64,000 nucleotides of DNA from Pseudomonadota bacterium (GTDB lineage: Bacteria; Pseudomonadota; Alphaproteobacteria; Rhizobiales; Rhizobiaceae). Both the position numbers and the translations under genes were made by a program. The stretch's first letter is position 1. The number at the start of each line of letters is the position of its first letter. The stretch lies in the NCBI GenBank assembly GCA_038746275.1, contig JBCDKS010000018.1, positions 13,863 through 77,862 of the forward strand. The letters are read 5' to 3'. The notes beneath the pieces were generated by a model. It saw only the letters and a program-made list of their open reading frames with translations, was not told where the DNA came from and searched no databases. Below, one piece after another: positions 8,161 to 19,388 of the stretch.

Positions 8161-9027
8161 ATGATCCTCGTCATCCTTTCCATCGCCTTTTGGCTGGCCA
8201 TGTGGTGGCTGAACCATCGACTGGCCGCCATCGATACGGGTCAAAACTCCGTCTTGCGCTGGTCCATTGATCTTGGCGTGCCGCTGATTTTCGGCATCAC
8301 ACTGCTCGTGCTCTGGGAGGGCATCACCCGGGGACTTGACGTGCCCCGCGTTTTGCTGCCGCCGCCTTCCATGATTTGGGAACGCATCCTCAACTCGCCG
8401 CATATTTTATGGGCAGATTTTCAGCAGACGTTTTTGAAAGCCGTCTTGGCTGGCTACGTTTTGGGTTGCGGGTCCGGATTTTTGGTGGCGCTGGCGATTG
8501 ATCGCTCGCCGTTTCTCAAGGCTGGATTGTTGCCCTTGGGCAATTTTGTGTCCGCCCTGCCCATCATCGGTGTAGCCCCCATCATGGTGATGTGGTTCGG
8601 GTTTGACTGGCAGTCCAAAGCCGCGGTGGTGGTTATCATGACCTTCTTCCCCATGCTGGTGAACACCGTGCAAGGGCTTTCCGCATCCGACAGCATGCAA
8701 CGCGATCTCATGCACACTTACGGCAGTTCATGGTTTCAAAGTCTCGTGAAACTGCGTCTGCCTGCGGCGATGCCGTTTATTTTCAACGCACTAAAAATCA
8801 ATTCCACCCTTGCGCTGATAGGCGCAATCGTGGCTGAATTCTTTGGCACACCCACCGTCGGCATGGGCTTTCGTATCTCAACGGAAGTCGGGAGGATGAA
8901 TGTGGATATGGTGTGGGCTGAGATAGCGGTCGCCGCTTTGGCGGGTTCCGCGTTTTACGGCGGTTTGGCGCTTTTAGAGCGCCGTGCCGCCTTCTGGCAT
9001 CCTTCTGTGCGCGGCGATCGTGCCTAA
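8161..9027 (+). CDS. ABC transporter permease
   Basis: TM helices; KLRLPAAMPFIFNALKINSTLALIGAIVAEF. Confidence 0.92.
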   Translation: MILVILSIAFWLAMWWLNHRLAAIDTGQNSVLRWSIDLGVPLIFGITLLVLWEGITRGLDVPRVLLPPPSMIWERILNSPHILWADFQQTFLKAVLAGYVLGCGSGFLVALAIDRSPFLKAGLLPLGNFVSALPIIGVAPIMVMWFGFDWQSKAAVVVIMTFFPMLVNTVQGLSASDSMQRDLMHTYGSSWFQSLVKLRLPAAMPFIFNALKINSTLALIGAIVAEFFGTPTVGMGFRISTEVGRMNVDMVWAEIAVAALAGSAFYGGLALLERRAAFWHPSVRGDRA

Positions 9028-9063
9028 GCGCAGCAAGGCTTGGTTCAACAGGGAGACCACAGC

Positions 9064-10062
9064 ATGAAGAAGATTAAACTTGCACTGGCAGCCGGCGCTT
9101 TGTCGCTTGCGGCAGTGGCATCAGCCACCACCGCGTGGGCAGCAGACAAAGTAACGTTGCAGCTAAAATGGGTCACACAGGCTCAGTTTGCCGGCTATTA
9201 TGTCGCAAAGGACAAAGGCTTCTACACCGAAGAAAATCTCGACGTGGAAATCAAGCCCGGCGGTCCCGACATCGCTCCGCCACAGGTGATCGCCGGCGGT
9301 GGCGCTGACGTCGTAGTCGACTGGATGCCATCCGCGCTTGCAACGCGCGAAAAGGGTGTGCCGCTCGTCAACATCGCACAGCCGTTTAAGTCGTCCGGCA
9401 TGATGCTAACCTGCCGCAAGGACAGTGGGATCACCACGACCGCAGACTTCAAAGGCAAAACACTGGGCGTTTGGTTCTTTGGAAACGAGTACCCGTTCCT
9501 GTCCTGGATGAGCCAGTTGGGCATTCCAACCGAGGGCGGTGATGCCGGTGTCACGGTTTTGAAACAGGGCTTCAACGTCGACCCAATTCTGCAAAAGCAG
9601 GCCGCTTGCGTCTCCACCATGACCTATAACGAATACTGGCAGATCATCGATGCGGGCCTGTCCGCAGACGATCTCATCACCTTCAAATATGAAGACGAAG
9701 GTGTCGCCACTTTGGAAGACGGTCTCTACGTTTTGGAAGACAAGCTGAAAGACCCGGCCTTTGCCGACAAGATGGTACGTTTTGTGCGCGCTTCCATGAA
9801 GGGCTGGAAATACGCCGAAGCCAATCCGGATGAAGCCGCAGAAATCGTGCTCGAAAACGATGCCTCCGGCGCTCAGACAGAAAAGCACCAGAAGCGCATG
9901 ATGCGCGAAATTGCAAAGCTGACTGCAGGTTCCAACGGTGCTTTGGTGGAAGCCGACTACCAGCGCACAGTGGATACGCTGCTCAAGGGCGGTTCTGACC
10001 CCGTTATTTCTAAAGCGCCCGAAGGTGCCTGGACCAGCGCGATCACGGACAAAGCTTTGTAA
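9064..10062 (+). CDS. ABC substrate-binding protein, NMT1/THI5 family
   Basis: Signal peptide; LQLKWVTQAQFAGYYVAKDKGFY; STMTYNEY. Confidence 0.93.
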   Translation: MKKIKLALAAGALSLAAVASATTAWAADKVTLQLKWVTQAQFAGYYVAKDKGFYTEENLDVEIKPGGPDIAPPQVIAGGGADVVVDWMPSALATREKGVPLVNIAQPFKSSGMMLTCRKDSGITTTADFKGKTLGVWFFGNEYPFLSWMSQLGIPTEGGDAGVTVLKQGFNVDPILQKQAACVSTMTYNEYWQIIDAGLSADDLITFKYEDEGVATLEDGLYVLEDKLKDPAFADKMVRFVRASMKGWKYAEANPDEAAEIVLENDASGAQTEKHQKRMMREIAKLTAGSNGALVEADYQRTVDTLLKGGSDPVISKAPEGAWTSAITDKAL

Positions 10063-10086
10063 GCGTCTCTCGCAATCGTAGACTAC

Positions 10087-10117
10087 AAAGGGCGGTCCCG
10101 AACGGACCGCCCTTTTT
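10087..10117 (+). terminator. Intrinsic terminator of the pyrimidine operon
   Basis: AAAGGGCGGTCC-cgaac-GGACCGCCCTTT followed by a T tract. Confidence 0.85.
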
Positions 10118-10277
10118 CGTTTTGGCGGGACCGGCCGTTGCGGCGCGTGCTGTTTACGCTCCCAACTGAGTTGGGTGAGACGGGCACTGCGCCACTTGTC
10201 ACAGGTCGCACGATCGTCAACAACAGACGGTACTTGCACGGGCTTCCGCCCACAGATCGTGAAAACGGCCACACCCC

Positions 10278-12569
10278 ATGAGCGACGAAACCGACCACAG
10301 CGTTGATACCCAGTTGGCCACACCCGCGCTGCGGTATCACGCCTTGCCGCAACCGGGGAAACTGGAGGTTCGGCCGACCAAACCCTTGGCCAACCCGCGC
10401 GATCTAACACTGGCCTATTCCCCCGGCGTGGCGGAAGCCAGTATGGCCATCGACAAAAACCCGCTCATGGCGAGCCGATATACGGCGCGGGGCAATCTGG
10501 TGGCGGTCGTTACCAACGGGTCAGCCGCGCTTGGTCTTGGCAATATCGGTCCTCTGGCTTCCAAACCCATTATGGAGGGCAAGGCGGTTCTGTTTAAGCA
10601 GTTCGCCCATATCGATTGTTTCGATATCGAATTGGCGGAAAGCGATCCGGTAAAATTTGCCCAGCATGTGATCGCCATGGAGCCGACCTTCGGTGCGATC
10701 AATCTGGAAGACATCAAGGCGCCCGATTGCTTCATCGTAGAAAAAATTTGCCGCGAGCGGATGAACATTCCGGTTTTTCATGACGACCAACATGGCACGG
10801 CCATCGTGGTTGGAGCGGCGGCAACCAATGCGCTTTATCTGACAGGCCGCAAATTTGAACAATTGAAAGTGGTGTCCACCGGTGGTGGCGCGGCGGGGAT
10901 TGCCTGCCTCAACATGCTCATGAAACTGGGCGTGAAACGCGACAACATCTGGCTGTGCGATATTGAGGGCCTCGTCTACGAAGGCCGTGAAAAAGATATG
11001 ACACCGCAAAAAGCCGAGTTTGCGCAGGCGAGCGACAAACGCGCGCTAGACGATGTAATCGATGGCGCCGATTTGTTTTTGGGTCTTTCCGGACCCGGCG
11101 TCTTGAATCAAGCCATGGTGCAAAAGATGGCACCGCAACCCATCGTCTTTGCGCTCGCCAACCCAACACCCGAAATCATGCCCGACGACATCCGTGCCGT
11201 AGCGCCGGACGCTCTCATCGCCACGGGTCGGTCGGATTATCCCAATCAGGTCAACAACGTGTTGTGCTTCCCGTTCATCTTCCGAGGTGCGTTGGATGTG
11301 GGGGCGACAGAAATCAACGATGCCATGCAGATTGCTTGCGTTGATGGCATTGCGCAATTGGCCCGCAAAACATCGTCGGCCGAAACCGCAGAAGTCTATG
11401 GCGACGAGACCCTCACCTTTGGTGCGGACTATCTCATCCCCAAGCCGTTTGACGCGCGCCTGTTGGCCGTGGTGGCCGGGGCCGTGGCGAAGGCGGGCAT
11501 GGATACGGGCGTTGCGCAAAACCCGCTGCCGGATTTTGAAGCTTATATCGCCGGGCTCAATGCCTCGGTTTACCGCTCCTCCATGATTATGCGCCCGGTG
11601 TTTGAAAACGCCATGCTGCAGAAACGCCGTATTGTCTTTGCGGAGGGTGAGGATGAACGCGTCTTGCGCGCCGCCATCGCCATGCTGGAGGAGACGGTGG
11701 ACACACCGGTGCTGATCGGGCGACCGGAGGTCATTGAAAACAGGGCCAAACGCTATGGTTTGACCCCAGAACTGGTGGCCAAATTCGAGATTGTGAATCC
11801 CGAAGCGGACGTTCGCTACCGCGAGTACTGGGAAACCTATCACGCCATGATGAAGCGGCAGGGCATCTCGCCCACGCTGGCGCAAGCCATCGTACGCACC
11901 AACACGACCGTCATCGCCGCTATTATGGTGCATTTGGGCCAAGCCGACAGCATGATCTGCGGCACGTTTGGCAATTACCTTTGGCACATGAATTATGTGG
12001 AGCAGATGCTTCAGGGCAAACATCTACAACCAATTGGGGCGCTCTCGCTGCTGATTTTGGATTCCGGCCCACTGTTTGTAGCCGACACCCATGTGAACCC
12101 GGAACCCACGCCAGACCAAATCGCCGAAACCGTAATCGCCACAGCGCGCCATGTACGACGCTTTGGTGTAGAGCCCAAAATTGCGCTGTGTTCAAACTCC
12201 CAGTTTGGCACGCTCAACACCGGTAGCGCTCGGCGGATGCGGGCCGCACTTGAGATTCTCGACGGGCAGCATCTCGATTTTATCTATGAGGGTGAGATGC
12301 CGGTGGACGCCGCGCTGGACCCGGAAATTCGCGAACGCCTGCTACCCTCCAGCCGAATGGAGGGGCCTGCAAACGCGTTCGTCTTCTCCAACGCAGAAAC
12401 CGCCGGAGGGGTAAAAAACTCGCTGAAATCCCTGTCCGGCGGCATTGAAGTGGGACCGATCTTGATGGGAATGGGCAATCGGGCCCACATCGTCACACCG
12501 TCCATCACCGTGCGTGGTCTCATCAACGTGGCCGCGCTGGCGGGCACGCCAGTGCATGTCTACGCTTAG
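10278..12569 (+). CDS. maeB: NADP-dependent malic enzyme with PTA-like C-terminal domain
   Basis: [44 protein letters not shown]; C-terminal RIVFAEGED. Confidence 0.93.
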   Translation: MSDETDHSVDTQLATPALRYHALPQPGKLEVRPTKPLANPRDLTLAYSPGVAEASMAIDKNPLMASRYTARGNLVAVVTNGSAALGLGNIGPLASKPIMEGKAVLFKQFAHIDCFDIELAESDPVKFAQHVIAMEPTFGAINLEDIKAPDCFIVEKICRERMNIPVFHDDQHGTAIVVGAAATNALYLTGRKFEQLKVVSTGGGAAGIACLNMLMKLGVKRDNIWLCDIEGLVYEGREKDMTPQKAEFAQASDKRALDDVIDGADLFLGLSGPGVLNQAMVQKMAPQPIVFALANPTPEIMPDDIRAVAPDALIATGRSDYPNQVNNVLCFPFIFRGALDVGATEINDAMQIACVDGIAQLARKTSSAETAEVYGDETLTFGADYLIPKPFDARLLAVVAGAVAKAGMDTGVAQNPLPDFEAYIAGLNASVYRSSMIMRPVFENAMLQKRRIVFAEGEDERVLRAAIAMLEETVDTPVLIGRPEVIENRAKRYGLTPELVAKFEIVNPEADVRYREYWETYHAMMKRQGISPTLAQAIVRTNTTVIAAIMVHLGQADSMICGTFGNYLWHMNYVEQMLQGKHLQPIGALSLLILDSGPLFVADTHVNPEPTPDQIAETVIATARHVRRFGVEPKIALCSNSQFGTLNTGSARRMRAALEILDGQHLDFIYEGEMPVDAALDPEIRERLLPSSRMEGPANAFVFSNAETAGGVKNSLKSLSGGIEVGPILMGMGNRAHIVTPSITVRGLINVAALAGTPVHVYA

Positions 12570-12602
12570 TCGAGAGCTTTGCTCTGCCCGGACGAACAGG
12601 GC

Positions 12603-12968
12603 TTATTGCAGTGTCAGTGTAACGCCTTGAGCGTTTTTGAACTTGCCATTGCCCAAGTCGATTAGCTGGCCGCAACGGCTGCCCTTGCGAGGACCGCTCG
12701 TCATTGTGGTGCAAACTTGCTCACCAGAAAACACCCACGTGCCCGCGCCGGAGCCGATCGGGGCTTTCATGGAAACGGTGCCATCGGCTTCGAACCGCAT
12801 ACGCATTGTCATACCCATGCGCTTGGCCACCAAAGTTTTGCCGACAATGCGTTGCTGAAAGGCTTCGTTGGTCAAGGGTGCGGCGGAAGCAATGACACCG
12901 GACTGGGTGGCATAGGCTACAAGGGCTACGCAGCCCAAAGCCGCCGCTTTATTAAATGGTGAGCGCAT
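12603..12968 (-). CDS. Small secreted hypothetical protein (121 aa)
   Basis: Signal-peptide-like N-terminus; Gly/beta-rich body with a Cys pair. Confidence 0.65.
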   Translation of the reverse strand: MRSPFNKAAALGCVALVAYATQSGVIASAAPLTNEAFQQRIVGKTLVAKRMGMTMRMRFEADGTVSMKAPIGSGAGTWVFSGEQVCTTMTSGPRKGSRCGQLIDLGNGKFKNAQGVTLTLQ

Positions 12969-13075
12969 CTTGATGTGATCCTTGTTGGTGACAAACCGAT
13001 CCCAAAAACCCTCCTGCCAGAGCCGATCTGGATTGGCAGCTTAATTCTTCGACAGGTTTTTGCCCCGCAAGGCAC

Positions 13076-13510
13076 TCACTCACGGTCAACCCGTCCGCGC
13101 AGCTTTTTGACCGAACCACGCTTTACCTTGCTGTCCACCCGTTTGCGGCGGGCGGAAAGGCTGGGTTTGGTGGGGCGTCGCTTAGCCGGAGGTGGTTTGG
13201 CGGCTTCCGCCAAAAGAGCAACCAGCCGCGCCCGGGCGTCCGCCCGGTTCTTTTCCTGAGTGCGATAAGAGGTTGCTTGAATCAAAATTTCACCGTCTGC
13301 CGTGAGTTTGGAGCCTGCCAGTTTCTCCGCGTTTTCGATAACACGCATAGGCAGATCTTCCGCCACGCGCGGCGCGTAGCGCAGCTGCACTCCCGTGGAA
13401 ACCTTGTTGACGTTTTGGCCACCGGGGCCGCCGGAATGGATGAACTTTTCCGAAATCTGCGACGCGCGGATGGACAGGTTGGACGTGATGGAGATGCGGT
13501 CCTCAGCCAT
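13076..13510 (-). CDS. arfB: Alternative ribosome-rescue factor B (peptidyl-tRNA hydrolase)
   Basis: SGGPGGQNVNKV (GGQ motif), RTQEKNR, basic tail RRPTKPS...KRG. Confidence 0.95.
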   Translation of the reverse strand: MAEDRISITSNLSIRASQISEKFIHSGGPGGQNVNKVSTGVQLRYAPRVAEDLPMRVIENAEKLAGSKLTADGEILIQATSYRTQEKNRADARARLVALLAEAAKPPPAKRRPTKPSLSARRKRVDSKVKRGSVKKLRGRVDRE

Positions 13511-13587
13511 GGGTGTCTCCAATCGAAAAGGGTGTTTGACAAAGCCTGCCAATGGCTGAAATTAAAGCCATTCGCGGGAGGAATACC

Positions 13588-15411
13588 ATGACCAAAACAC
13601 CAAAAGACAAGTCCGAATTGCGTTCCAAACTATGGTTCGCGAACCCGGACGATATCGACATGACAGCGCTTTACATCGAGCGTTACATGAATTGGGGCAT
13701 CACCCGCGAAGAGTTGCAATCTGGAAAGCCAATTATTGGCATCGCCCAGACCGGCTCTGATCTGTCGCCCTGCAACCGTCATCACATTATCTTGGCAGAG
13801 CGCGTGCGCGAGGGCATTCGGGAAGCGGGGGGGATCGCGTTTGAATTTCCGGTCCATCCCATCCAAGAGACCGGCAAACGCCCGACCGCCAATCTGGACC
13901 GCAATCTGGCATATCTTGGTTTGGTGGAAACTCTGTTTGGCTACCCAATTGATGGCGTGGTTTTGACCATCGGCTGTGACAAGACCACGCCCGCGATGTT
14001 GATGGCAGCCGCCACTGCCAATGTTCCCGCCATCGCGCTATCGGTCGGACCGATGTTGAACGGCTGGTACAAAGGACAGCGCACCGGCTCCGGCACGATC
14101 AAATGGCACGCCAAAAAAGAACTGTCAGCCGGCAATCTATCCTATGAGGAATATACCGATATCGTGGCTTCCTCCGCGCCATCGCCTGGCTATTGCAACA
14201 CGATGGGCACCGCCACCACGATGAACTCCTTGGCCGAAGCCTTGGGCATGTCGCTTGCCGGATCGGCAGCCATCCCAGCGGTTCACAAAGAGCGGGCCAA
14301 TATGGCCTATTACACCGGAAAGCGCATCGTCGACATGGTGTGGGAGGACGTAAAACCGTCCGATATCATGACCCGCGCAGCATTTGAAAACGCCATCGTC
14401 GTAAACTCCGCCATTGGCGGGTCTACCAATGCGCCCATCCACCTGAAAGCCATCGCCAATCATCTGGGTGTGCAGTTGGACAATCAAGATTGGGAAGATT
14501 TGGGTTGGGACATCCCGTTGCTGCTCAATCTGCAACCGGCGGGCGAGTATCTTGGCGAAGACTATCACCACGCGGGCGGCGTGCCATCGGTGGTGCATGA
14601 GTTGATGGAAAACGGCAAAATGCCCAATCACGACGCCATGACGGTGAACGGCAAGACCATTGGCGAGAATTGCACCGGCAAAGAGACGCTGGACCGCAAC
14701 GTGATCTGGCCGTTTGACAAGCCGATGATGGAAAAGGCGGGCTTTTTGAATCTCAAGGGCAATCTGTTTGAGACCGCGATCATGAAATCATCAGTCATCA
14801 GCGATGAATTTCGCGCGCGCTATCTCTCAAACCCCAACGATCTCAATGCGTTTGAAGGTAAAGCCGTGGTGTTTGACGGCCGGGAGGACTATCACGCCCG
14901 CATCGATGACGAGAGCTTGGACATCGATGAATACACGCTTCTGTTCATTCGCGGTGCGGGTCCCATCGGCTATCCCGGCGGTGCGGAAGTGGTCAACATG
15001 CAGCCCCCTGCCGCCCTTTTGAAACGCGGTATCACATCCCTGCCCTGCATAGGCGATGGACGACAGTCCGGCACGTCCGGTTCGCCTTCTATCCTTAACG
15101 CCTCGCCCGAAGCGGCGGTGGGCGGCGGTTTGGCCTTGATCGAGACCGGCGACCGCGTGCGCATTGATCTCAACACCCGGGAGGCCAACATATTGATCTC
15201 AGACGATGTGCTTGCAGAGCGTCGCGCCGCCGTCCAAGCGAAGCTGAACGATACAGCCAATGGCGGACGGTTGGACTATGTGCCCGACCACCAAACACCT
15301 TGGCAGGAAATCCAGCGCGGCATGGTGGATCAGTTCCAAGAGGGCATGGTGCTCAAACCGGCAGTGAAATATCGCGATGTGGCGAAGATCGTGCCACGGG
15401 ACAATCATTAA
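13588..15411 (+). CDS. IlvD/Edd-family sugar-acid dehydratase (XylD / arabinonate dehydratase-like)
   Basis: [42 protein letters not shown]. Confidence 0.88.
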   Translation: MTKTPKDKSELRSKLWFANPDDIDMTALYIERYMNWGITREELQSGKPIIGIAQTGSDLSPCNRHHIILAERVREGIREAGGIAFEFPVHPIQETGKRPTANLDRNLAYLGLVETLFGYPIDGVVLTIGCDKTTPAMLMAAATANVPAIALSVGPMLNGWYKGQRTGSGTIKWHAKKELSAGNLSYEEYTDIVASSAPSPGYCNTMGTATTMNSLAEALGMSLAGSAAIPAVHKERANMAYYTGKRIVDMVWEDVKPSDIMTRAAFENAIVVNSAIGGSTNAPIHLKAIANHLGVQLDNQDWEDLGWDIPLLLNLQPAGEYLGEDYHHAGGVPSVVHELMENGKMPNHDAMTVNGKTIGENCTGKETLDRNVIWPFDKPMMEKAGFLNLKGNLFETAIMKSSVISDEFRARYLSNPNDLNAFEGKAVVFDGREDYHARIDDESLDIDEYTLLFIRGAGPIGYPGGAEVVNMQPPAALLKRGITSLPCIGDGRQSGTSGSPSILNASPEAAVGGGLALIETGDRVRIDLNTREANILISDDVLAERRAAVQAKLNDTANGGRLDYVPDHQTPWQEIQRGMVDQFQEGMVLKPAVKYRDVAKIVPRDNH

Positions 15412-15423
15412 CGCCTGACGCTG

Positions 15424-15454
15424 GAGCGGTTCAGTCAAATTGTGAACCGCTCTA
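15424..15454. repeat. Isolated terminal hairpin of the 154-bp repeat
   Basis: GAGCGGTTCA-gtcaaattg-TGAACCGCTC-TA between convergent genes. Confidence 0.75.
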
Positions 15455-15496
15455 AAGACCGCAGATTTTTGATAGGCCAATTTGACCGCTCGCGGC

Positions 15497-16492
15497 TCAC
15501 AATGGCGAGCGGGCGTCTTCTGTTACCAAGTGGCAGGCCACTTTGTGGCCGTTGCCGACGTCACGCAAAGGCGGCTGGACTTCTTCGCACTGCTTTTGCG
15601 CCACTGGGCAACGGTTGGCAAAACGGCATCCCGGCGGCGGGTTGATCGGATCGGGTGGGTCACCGGGAATGAGAATGCGCTTCATCTTGGCGCGGCGCTT
15701 GCGATCAACCGAAGGCACCGCAGACAGCAGAGCAGACGTGTAGGGGTGGAGCGGATTGTTGAACAGGGAGAGACGATCCGCCTGTTCCACGATTTTGCCC
15801 ATGTACATCACTGCGATGGAATCGCACATATGCTGCACGACGCCCAGATCGTGAGAGATGAAGAGATAGGTCAGGCCCAAGTCTTTTTGCAGCCGTCGTA
15901 ACAAGTTCAAAATTTGAGCTTGCACCGCAACGTCGAGGGCGGAAACCGGTTCGTCACAAATGATGAGATCAGGGCTTGTGGCCAGTGCGCGGGCAATACC
16001 GATGCGCTGGCGCTGGCCGCCGGAAAACTGGTGCGGGAACAGGCGCTGCTGCTCCGGTCGCAGGCCAACAGCCTTGAACAAATCATCCACGATCTGTTGA
16101 CGCTCGCTCTGCGGAGCCGTGTTCAAACTGTCGATGGGTTCGCGGACAATGGCCTCTGCCCGCAGACGCGGATTGAGGCTGGCATAAGGGTCCTGGAAAA
16201 TGAGTTGCACACGGGCACGGGCCTGCCGCAGCGCTTCGTCTTCCAACGTCAGAAAGTCTGCGTCATCCATTTCGACTTTGCCTTGGTGGGCAGCCACCAG
16301 ACGGGCTACGGCCAGGGCAGCTGTGGTTTTGCCGGAACCGGACTCCCCCACGATGGCCAAAGTCTCGCCTTTGGGCACTGCAAACGAGATGTCGTCGACA
16401 GCGTATAGCCAACCCTTTTTGCCAAAAATGCCACCCCGTTTGACCGGGAAGCGCACGGACAGGTTTTCGACATTGAGCAGTGTCTCGCCCAT
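15497..16492 (-). CDS. Peptide/nickel-type ABC ATP-binding protein (DppF-like)
   Basis: GESGSGKT, FSGGQRQR, DEPVSALD, C-terminal GCRFANRCP...VACH. Confidence 0.93.
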   Translation of the reverse strand: MGETLLNVENLSVRFPVKRGGIFGKKGWLYAVDDISFAVPKGETLAIVGESGSGKTTAALAVARLVAAHQGKVEMDDADFLTLEDEALRQARARVQLIFQDPYASLNPRLRAEAIVREPIDSLNTAPQSERQQIVDDLFKAVGLRPEQQRLFPHQFSGGQRQRIGIARALATSPDLIICDEPVSALDVAVQAQILNLLRRLQKDLGLTYLFISHDLGVVQHMCDSIAVMYMGKIVEQADRLSLFNNPLHPYTSALLSAVPSVDRKRRAKMKRILIPGDPPDPINPPPGCRFANRCPVAQKQCEEVQPPLRDVGNGHKVACHLVTEDARSPL

Positions 16493-17475
16493 CACACGTC
16501 TCCCGCAAACCAGCAGGCGGAGACTTGTTCGCCGTCGAAGGCCATCTCGGGCGGACGGGCTGTGCGGCACTTGTCCTGCGCCATGGCGCAACGGGATGCG
16601 AAGAGGCAGGCGTCACGGCCAAACTCTTTCAAGCCCGGCACTATGCCGCCAACTTCCGTCAGCTCTGGCCGATCCTCCGTCAAGTTAGCCATCAGATGCG
16701 GCACGCAGGAAATCAGGCCTTTGGTATAGGGATGCCGTGGATGTTCGATCACGGTGTCGACCGGACCCTCCTCCGCTTTGCGTCCGGCATACATGACGAT
16801 CATTTTCTCAGCCATTTCAGCCACTGCGCCCATGTCGTGGGTTATGAGAATGATGGCGGTCCCCGTCTTGCGGCCGAGGTCGCGGAGAAGGTCGAAAATT
16901 TGTGCCTGTACGGTCACGTCCAGCGCTGTGGTGGGCTCATCCGCAATCAGGATTTTGGGTTGGCACGCGAGCGCAATCGCGATCATAACCCGCTGACGCT
17001 GCCCCCCGGAGAGTTGGTGGGGATAATCGTTAACCCGCGCCTTAGGGTTGGGAATACGTACGGCATCCAACAGATCCACCGCCTTGTTGTGTGCCGCGGT
17101 TTTGCCCAGATTTTGGTGACGGCGCAGCACCTCGGCGATCTGCTCGCCGATTGTGTACAGCGGATTGAGCGATGTCATGGGTTCTTGGAAAATCATCGAG
17201 ATTTCATTGCCGCGAATTTCCCGCAACCGGGCGTCACTCGCCGTCGTCAGGTCTTCGCCGTTAAACTCGATTGATCCCGCAGCCACGCGGCCCACGTCGG
17301 GCAAGAGCCCCATGAGAGCCAGCGCCGTCATGGATTTTCCGCAGCCGGATTCACCCACGAAAGAGAGGGTTTCGCCCGCCTCCAGCTCCAATGACAGATC
17401 GTCAATGACCGGGGCCACCGCACCGCGCAAGGACAATTCGATGCGCAGATTTTCAACCTTAAGCAATGGCGCCAT
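16492..17475 (-). CDS. Peptide/nickel-type ABC ATP-binding protein (DppD-like)
   Basis: [35 protein letters not shown]. Confidence 0.93.
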   Translation of the reverse strand: MAPLLKVENLRIELSLRGAVAPVIDDLSLELEAGETLSFVGESGCGKSMTALALMGLLPDVGRVAAGSIEFNGEDLTTASDARLREIRGNEISMIFQEPMTSLNPLYTIGEQIAEVLRRHQNLGKTAAHNKAVDLLDAVRIPNPKARVNDYPHQLSGGQRQRVMIAIALACQPKILIADEPTTALDVTVQAQIFDLLRDLGRKTGTAIILITHDMGAVAEMAEKMIVMYAGRKAEEGPVDTVIEHPRHPYTKGLISCVPHLMANLTEDRPELTEVGGIVPGLKEFGRDACLFASRCAMAQDKCRTARPPEMAFDGEQVSACWFAGDV

Positions 17476-18368
17476 CAGCGTTGTCTCAGCTTCGGGTTGA
17501 GCGCGTCGTTAAGGCCATCGCCCACCAGCGAGATGGCAAGCACGGTCACAAAGATGGCGAGACCCGGCACTGTGACGGTGTAACTCGCGTCCAAAATATA
17601 CTCGCGGTTGGAACCGATGATCTGGCCCCATGAAACGACGTTAGGGTCGGTGAGGCCGAGGAAAGAAAGGCCCGCTTCAAACAGGATGGCCGAGCCAACC
17701 ATCAGCGCCGCTTGCACAATGATGGGTGGAAGGGCGTTGGGCAGGATCACCGAAAAGATAAGCTTGGCATTAGACGTGCCGGAGGCGCGCGCGGCCATCA
17801 CGTATTCCAACTCGCGAATGCGCATGAACTCCGCCCGCGTGATACGCGCTACAGCGGGCCACGAGACGAGCCCGATGGCCAGCGTGATCATGGGCAGGCT
17901 CGCCCCAAACAGCGCCACGATGACCATCGAAAACAGAAGTGTTGGCAGAACCTGAAAGAACTCGGTGATGCGCATCAGCACCTCTTCCACCCAGCCACGG
18001 TAAAAGCCTGCAAGCGCGCCAACGGTGATGCCGATGAAAACTGTCAGGAATGCCGCCGACAGGCCGATGGCAATAGACACGCGGGCACCGTGGATGAGCA
18101 TAGAAAGTAAATCGCGGCCAAGGTAATCCGTGCCGAGCAAAAACCCTTCCTGTCCGGGTTCCGAAAACGGTGCCCACACCATGTCAAAGGGGTCCCCGGG
18201 ATAAACGAACGGCCCGATCAAACCGGCCAGCACGATGATGACGAGCATAATCAAACCGGCAACCGCAGAGCGGTTCTTGCAGAACATTTCAAACGCTTCG
18301 GAGAATGGTGAACGGGCTTTTTCGGTCAGCTCTTCAGCGAGCGGTTTGGGCTCTGTGTCAGCACTCAC
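17475..18368 (-). CDS. Peptide/nickel-type ABC permease (DppC-like)
   Basis: [28 protein letters not shown]; GTG start overlapping the upstream stop. Confidence 0.92.
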   Translation of the reverse strand: MSADTEPKPLAEELTEKARSPFSEAFEMFCKNRSAVAGLIMLVIIVLAGLIGPFVYPGDPFDMVWAPFSEPGQEGFLLGTDYLGRDLLSMLIHGARVSIAIGLSAAFLTVFIGITVGALAGFYRGWVEEVLMRITEFFQVLPTLLFSMVIVALFGASLPMITLAIGLVSWPAVARITRAEFMRIRELEYVMAARASGTSNAKLIFSVILPNALPPIIVQAALMVGSAILFEAGLSFLGLTDPNVVSWGQIIGSNREYILDASYTVTVPGLAIFVTVLAISLVGDGLNDALNPKLRQR

Positions 18369-19345
18369 GCTTTGCTCCCCACGCGCGGATCGACCAGCCG
18401 TAGCGCCAGATCGGTGAGAAGATTGCCGACGATCACCACCAGGGCGGAGAAGAACAGAATGCCCAAGATCGTCGGGGTGTCGCGGGCGATGATGGACTGC
18501 AAAGCCAGTGTCCCCAGCCCGGGCCAAGAGAAGACCGCCTCCACCAAAACGGCGCCGGAAACCACAGCGGAAAACTGTAGGCCGGCCAGAGTAATGACGG
18601 GCGACAGCGAATTCTTGAGCGCGTGTTTCAAGACGACTTCGCGCTCAGACAAGCCCTTGGCCTTGGCGGTGCGAATGTAGTCGGAACCTAGAACTTCCAA
18701 CATGGAAGCGCGGCACAGGCGCGAATAGAGCGCCAGAAAAATGGAGGCCAGCGTGATTGTGGGCAGTGTCATGTGTCGGGCAATGCTAAGGGTCTGGGCG
18801 AACCAACCTTCCGCGGTCACATCCATCATACCCGCCACCGGAAAGAGCGGGACCTTCAAAGAGAAAGCGATGAGCAAGAGTATGCCAGTCCAGAAAACGG
18901 GGGCCGCATACCCAAACAGAGCGACAAACGTCACCACGTAGCTGGCAAGGCCTTTGGGATTGCGGGCGGAAAACACGCCAAGCAAAACCCCAACCACCAA
19001 AGCGAGAAGCTGCGCGGTAACAACCAACAGCAGCGTGGCGGGCAGTTTCTCGAAAATCAGCGTGGTGACTGGCTGGTTGTAGAAGAACGAATAGCCCAGA
19101 TCGAAGGTCGCGACCTTTGCGACATAACTGAACAGTTGAACGATGAAGGGCTGATCGAGGCCATAATCGACACGGATCTGATCCATCATTTCTTCGGTGG
19201 CACCGCCGGAGGCTTGGGCGATCGTGTCCGCGATGTCTCCAGGTGCGAGATACATCATGGAGAAATTCAGCACCAAGACCGCCATCAGCAGCACGACAGC
19301 GTAGAAAATGCGATTGGCAATGGGGAGGATGTACTTCACGGACAA
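18365..19345 (-). CDS. Peptide/nickel-type ABC permease (DppB-like)
   Basis: YGLDQP, DLGYS, DYIRTAKAKGL, VEAVFSWPGLG. Start is TTG 19345 or GTG 19339. Confidence 0.92.
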   Translation of the reverse strand: MSVKYILPIANRIFYAVVLLMAVLVLNFSMMYLAPGDIADTIAQASGGATEEMMDQIRVDYGLDQPFIVQLFSYVAKVATFDLGYSFFYNQPVTTLIFEKLPATLLLVVTAQLLALVVGVLLGVFSARNPKGLASYVVTFVALFGYAAPVFWTGILLLIAFSLKVPLFPVAGMMDVTAEGWFAQTLSIARHMTLPTITLASIFLALYSRLCRASMLEVLGSDYIRTAKAKGLSEREVVLKHALKNSLSPVITLAGLQFSAVVSGAVLVEAVFSWPGLGTLALQSIIARDTPTILGILFFSALVVIVGNLLTDLALRLVDPRVGSKA

Positions 19346-19388
19346 ATCCGCGGTGGCGCGACCATGAGTGCCGCACCACCGCCTTGCG

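Noticed and set aside
10161-10175. CCCAACT-G-AGTTGGG palindrome upstream of maeB
   Set aside because: Single occurrence, no matching known motif or local regulator; could be chance.
11046-12023. 325-aa antisense ORF opposite maeB, and similar long shadows at 2470-3258, 16480-17274, 19986-20951 and 25897-26682
   Set aside because: Each lies fully opposite a well-supported gene and has no protein-like features.
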